This document shows, one piece after another, positions 61,201 through 64,000 of a stretch of 64,000 nucleotides of DNA (position 1 is the first letter of the stretch; each line of letters starts with the position of its first letter). Below the pieces are notes generated by a model. It was not told the DNA's origin and did not search any database. It saw only the letters and a program-made list of their open reading frames with translations. Source of the stretch: Takakia lepidozioides (Eukaryota > Plantae > Bryophyta). The DNA lies in contig CM060734.1 of assembly GCA_030704615.1 (NCBI GenBank), positions 44,578,001 to 44,642,000 on the forward strand. Reading direction: 5' to 3'. Position numbers and translations under genes: made by a program.

Positions 61201-62661
61201 CCCATATGCCCAATTCAGTTGAAAGATATGTGAATAAGGTGTCTTATGCATATCCCTAGCAATCTGTGTCAGAAAAATATAAGTTCGCAAGACAAGCAAT
61301 ATATTGTCCACTTCCTGGCATCTTCTTATCTAATAAGGAGGTAGAGAGGACCAACCTGGAAAAACTCATACATATCTTCACTTACTCCTCCCTCATTATG
61401 GCGGATGTCTCGTGGATCTGTGCTATGGCTGAAGCCAGTTCCTACAGGTTGATCAACAAATATGATGCTTGACACCTGTCGTACAAGCTTGCAGGAATTA
61501 GAATTTAGCAAATTGTTTGATGGATCCACATGCAAGAACTAGGCCTCAATCTACAGTATGGAGGGAAAGATTTCACACACGCCAGATACCCCAACCAAGA
61601 CTGCTCAGCTTTCAATTATGCTGAACTTCATCTTAAGAGCATTGAAGAGTAACTTTATGTCCTAATCAAATGAGGAAGATATACCTTGTCCCAACCATAC
61701 TCATTCCAAACAAGTGTAAGGTTGTCGGTGATCTGAAAAGGTCCATTCTCATAGAACAGAGCAAGCTCACTGGCACAGCCTGGGCCTCCAGTCATCCACA
61801 GCACCAGCGGATCAGATGTCTTGTCTCCTCGAGATTCAAAGAAGAAGTAGAACATGCTGCACAGTTGTTCATAAGCGGAAATTGAATTAGTAAGGAGAGT
61901 GCAGTTCGAAACAACACAACCAAAGCTGGTTGGATCCAAGCACCTGTTCAGTAATCCTTCTCTGCTTTTTAATTGTCAAAGTTGTCCCAGAACAATTGCA
62001 ACACGGTTTCTCCACCGCATTCATCGTTAAAACTGCAAACTAGAGATACTCCGGGCATGACTTTCACATCCAAGATTGATGTACACTTGGGATATAGATA
62101 CAGCTTCTCACAAAGCTGTGCATGCCAGAAATTGAAACTCTTTCACATTCTGGGCCGTGGAAAAGAAACGATTATTTCTTTATTCTGGAGCTCGTGGAAT
62201 AACCATTGAGAATTAGCATCACAATCTTGTAGGATCTGGGCGAACAAAGAATCCACAGGAAAGCTAGTCTCCCTCTCCCCTCCTTCCTTCTCTACAAAAA
62301 GATCAAAGTTGAAGATTTCATACTTGGCAGCATGCGTGCGTTGGAGCTGGAAGTATCCCGCATACTGCCCTAGCTCTTCGGTGCTTACCGAGGCCCCCGA
62401 CTCCCCTTCAATATTCAGATTAAGTCGCTTTTCACGAAGTCCCGGCCCATCCTCCGACGTTGAGCTATCCTCAGAAGCCCCCGGCAACAAGTTCAAAGAT
62501 TTGATCATACGCTCAGCTTGACCCTGCGGAAATCGTGGACTGGTTCCAGGACTGAGGTTATAATCTCTAACTGGAACCCTAGGCAAGCGCGCTGATGAAA
62601 CACAGAGTGAAAGATGGAGGAGTACTAAAATGGAGAGCCCTATACTGCGTGTGGATGCCAT
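58287..62661 (-). CDS. SCPL: Serine carboxypeptidase-like, peptidase S10, CPY/SCPL47-49 type, ~521 aa
   Basis: Signal/propeptide, MFYFFFESR, WMTGGPGCASELALFYENGP, FVDQPVGTGFS, GESYAG (Ser), AGEYDLICNWLG (Asp) and VYDAGHMVPMDQP (His). Exons 62324-62661, 61685-61856, 61356-61475, 60937-61080, 60427-60577, 59757-59845, 59236-59494, 58797-58930, 58287-58445. Confidence 0.95.
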
Positions 62662-63529
62662 AGTCGACTCCTCCCTCAGACTCTTTCTTTCTTTCTTTCC
62701 TCCTTTTCCTTTCTCCCCCCCCCCCCCAGCCCCGCTTGCTTACAGCTCAAACTTCATAATTCCCTCCCGATTGTTGCTGCTTGATGCCCTCTTCCACAAT
62801 TAAATCTGCAATAATCAAAAATTTAGCAATGCGCGTGCTCCATCTTCTCTCCCAGATCATTCGATCATTCGACCAATCCTCCGCGTTCCTCGACAGAATG
62901 TCTCGCTTGCCCATCCTCTCTCGCTGCTCTCGATGCAACACCCTGAACCCTGCGCCCCGCACACGTGTCCTGCTCAAACTGCAATATCGCACGTGCGGTC
63001 CTTTCCGACCACACGTCGCAACCTAACAAGCCGTCCACCGACGCGCCGAAAAGCAGGGTTGGGATTCGTGAAGCACTTCATCCCTTTCGCAAACTATTCA
63101 TCCATTTGCCTTTGTAGTGTGAAGCATTTGTCATCTAGCGGCGCCACTCTCGTCCGTCTGTCTTCACACGCATGAAACAGAAAGAGACGTTAGCTCTGTC
63201 GATTTGTGCTTTACCCGGGTAAAGGCGGAGGGGTGTTTAAGTGCTTTTCCTTTTTTGAGAGGGCCAAAAATAGGAGTGCGGGCCACGACTGGGCCGCTGA
63301 AGAAGGGCCACCTGCGTGTGACCCCCACCCAAAGTGGGGTCCGTGTTTAAAGCACCAAAATGGACGACGATGTTATGAGAGCATAATCCGCATTTAAGAC
63401 AGCCCGCTCTAATTTAAGATTAATATTGGATAATTCTAGTTACTTGCTTGATTTGAGGACGGATGAGCTAGTCCCACACCTTACTTGACCAGTCTTGGGC
63501 TAGTACACAAGTAGGAGCCGTGTATCTGC

Positions 63530-63705
63530 CAGTGATGGGCGGTTATTAGGTTTTCAGGGGGGTATGAAACCAGTTGTCAACCCGGTTATCAACATAACCG
63601 GTTATATTGATAACCGCAACCGGCAATTTTTCTTAAAAATGTGATATTGATAACCGGTGGTTTTTTGATAACTGGGCTATATTGATAACCGTAGGTTATA
63701 AGCTG
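63530..63705. mobile_element. Probable hAT-type MITE end with ATAACCG/CGGTTAT subterminal repeats
   Basis: Starts CAGTGATGGGCGGTTATT; repeated ATAACCG(G) and CGGTTAT motifs. Matching end not seen. Confidence 0.5.
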
Positions 63706-64000
63706 ATAGAGAGCTGGATAAGGGAAATAAAAATGCCTATTATGTTATGTGTGTATACATATATTATTTATATTTATTTTAGTGCATGGGATATCTAAGG
63801 GGGGAGGGCTGGTGTAGGCCTTAAATGCGGGCCATGTAGGGGCGGTTGGTAGAACGTGAGCACAAATGGGAATGAGCACTGAAAAACGTAACCTAGGCCT
63901 CAGCAAAAAAAAACACGGCAATAGGGTACACATGTTTTCACGGAAATAGAATTCATGCCAATAGGGTTCCAAAATAGCAGAAATGTTGGTTGTGTGCCTA

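Noticed and set aside
63468-63530. GTCCCACACC as a snRNA/telomerase-RNA USE promoter element
   Set aside because: Imperfect match, no TATA at the expected spacing and no recognisable RNA gene downstream.

Overview
Eukaryotic land-plant nuclear DNA, not prokaryotic: GT-AG spliced genes with short intergenic spacers. The compact layout and transposon types suggest a moss or other bryophyte (inference). Eleven apparently intact genes were reconstructed by reading splice junctions: an MMtag-domain protein (-), a PDIL1-3/1-4-type protein disulfide isomerase ending in KDEL (+), an unidentified 82-aa tail-anchored protein (+), CHIP TPR/U-box E3 ligase (-), a secreted class I RNase T2 (-), (S)-ureidoglycine aminohydrolase (-), 3-ketoacyl-CoA synthase (+), complex I subunit NDUFA7/B14.5a (-), an OXLD1-like protein (+), a GT37 alpha-1,2-fucosyltransferase (+) and a CPY-type serine carboxypeptidase (-). 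There is also an ADF pseudogene and a disrupted small membrane-protein gene. Transposon debris includes L1 remnants, a Gypsy integrase-PHD fragment nested in an L1, a second LINE family with a conserved 3' tail, hAT-type MITEs and a ~2.75 kb inverted-repeat-bounded element, plus several local tandem duplications. No CRISPR array, rRNA or tRNA was recognised. I cannot support a clear novel multi-gene system. The best leads are a hAT MITE family with near-identical 8-bp flanks at two loci, the PHD-bearing integrase, the orphan tail-anchored protein, the GT37 enzyme and the tightly packed OXLD1/downstream ORF pair.
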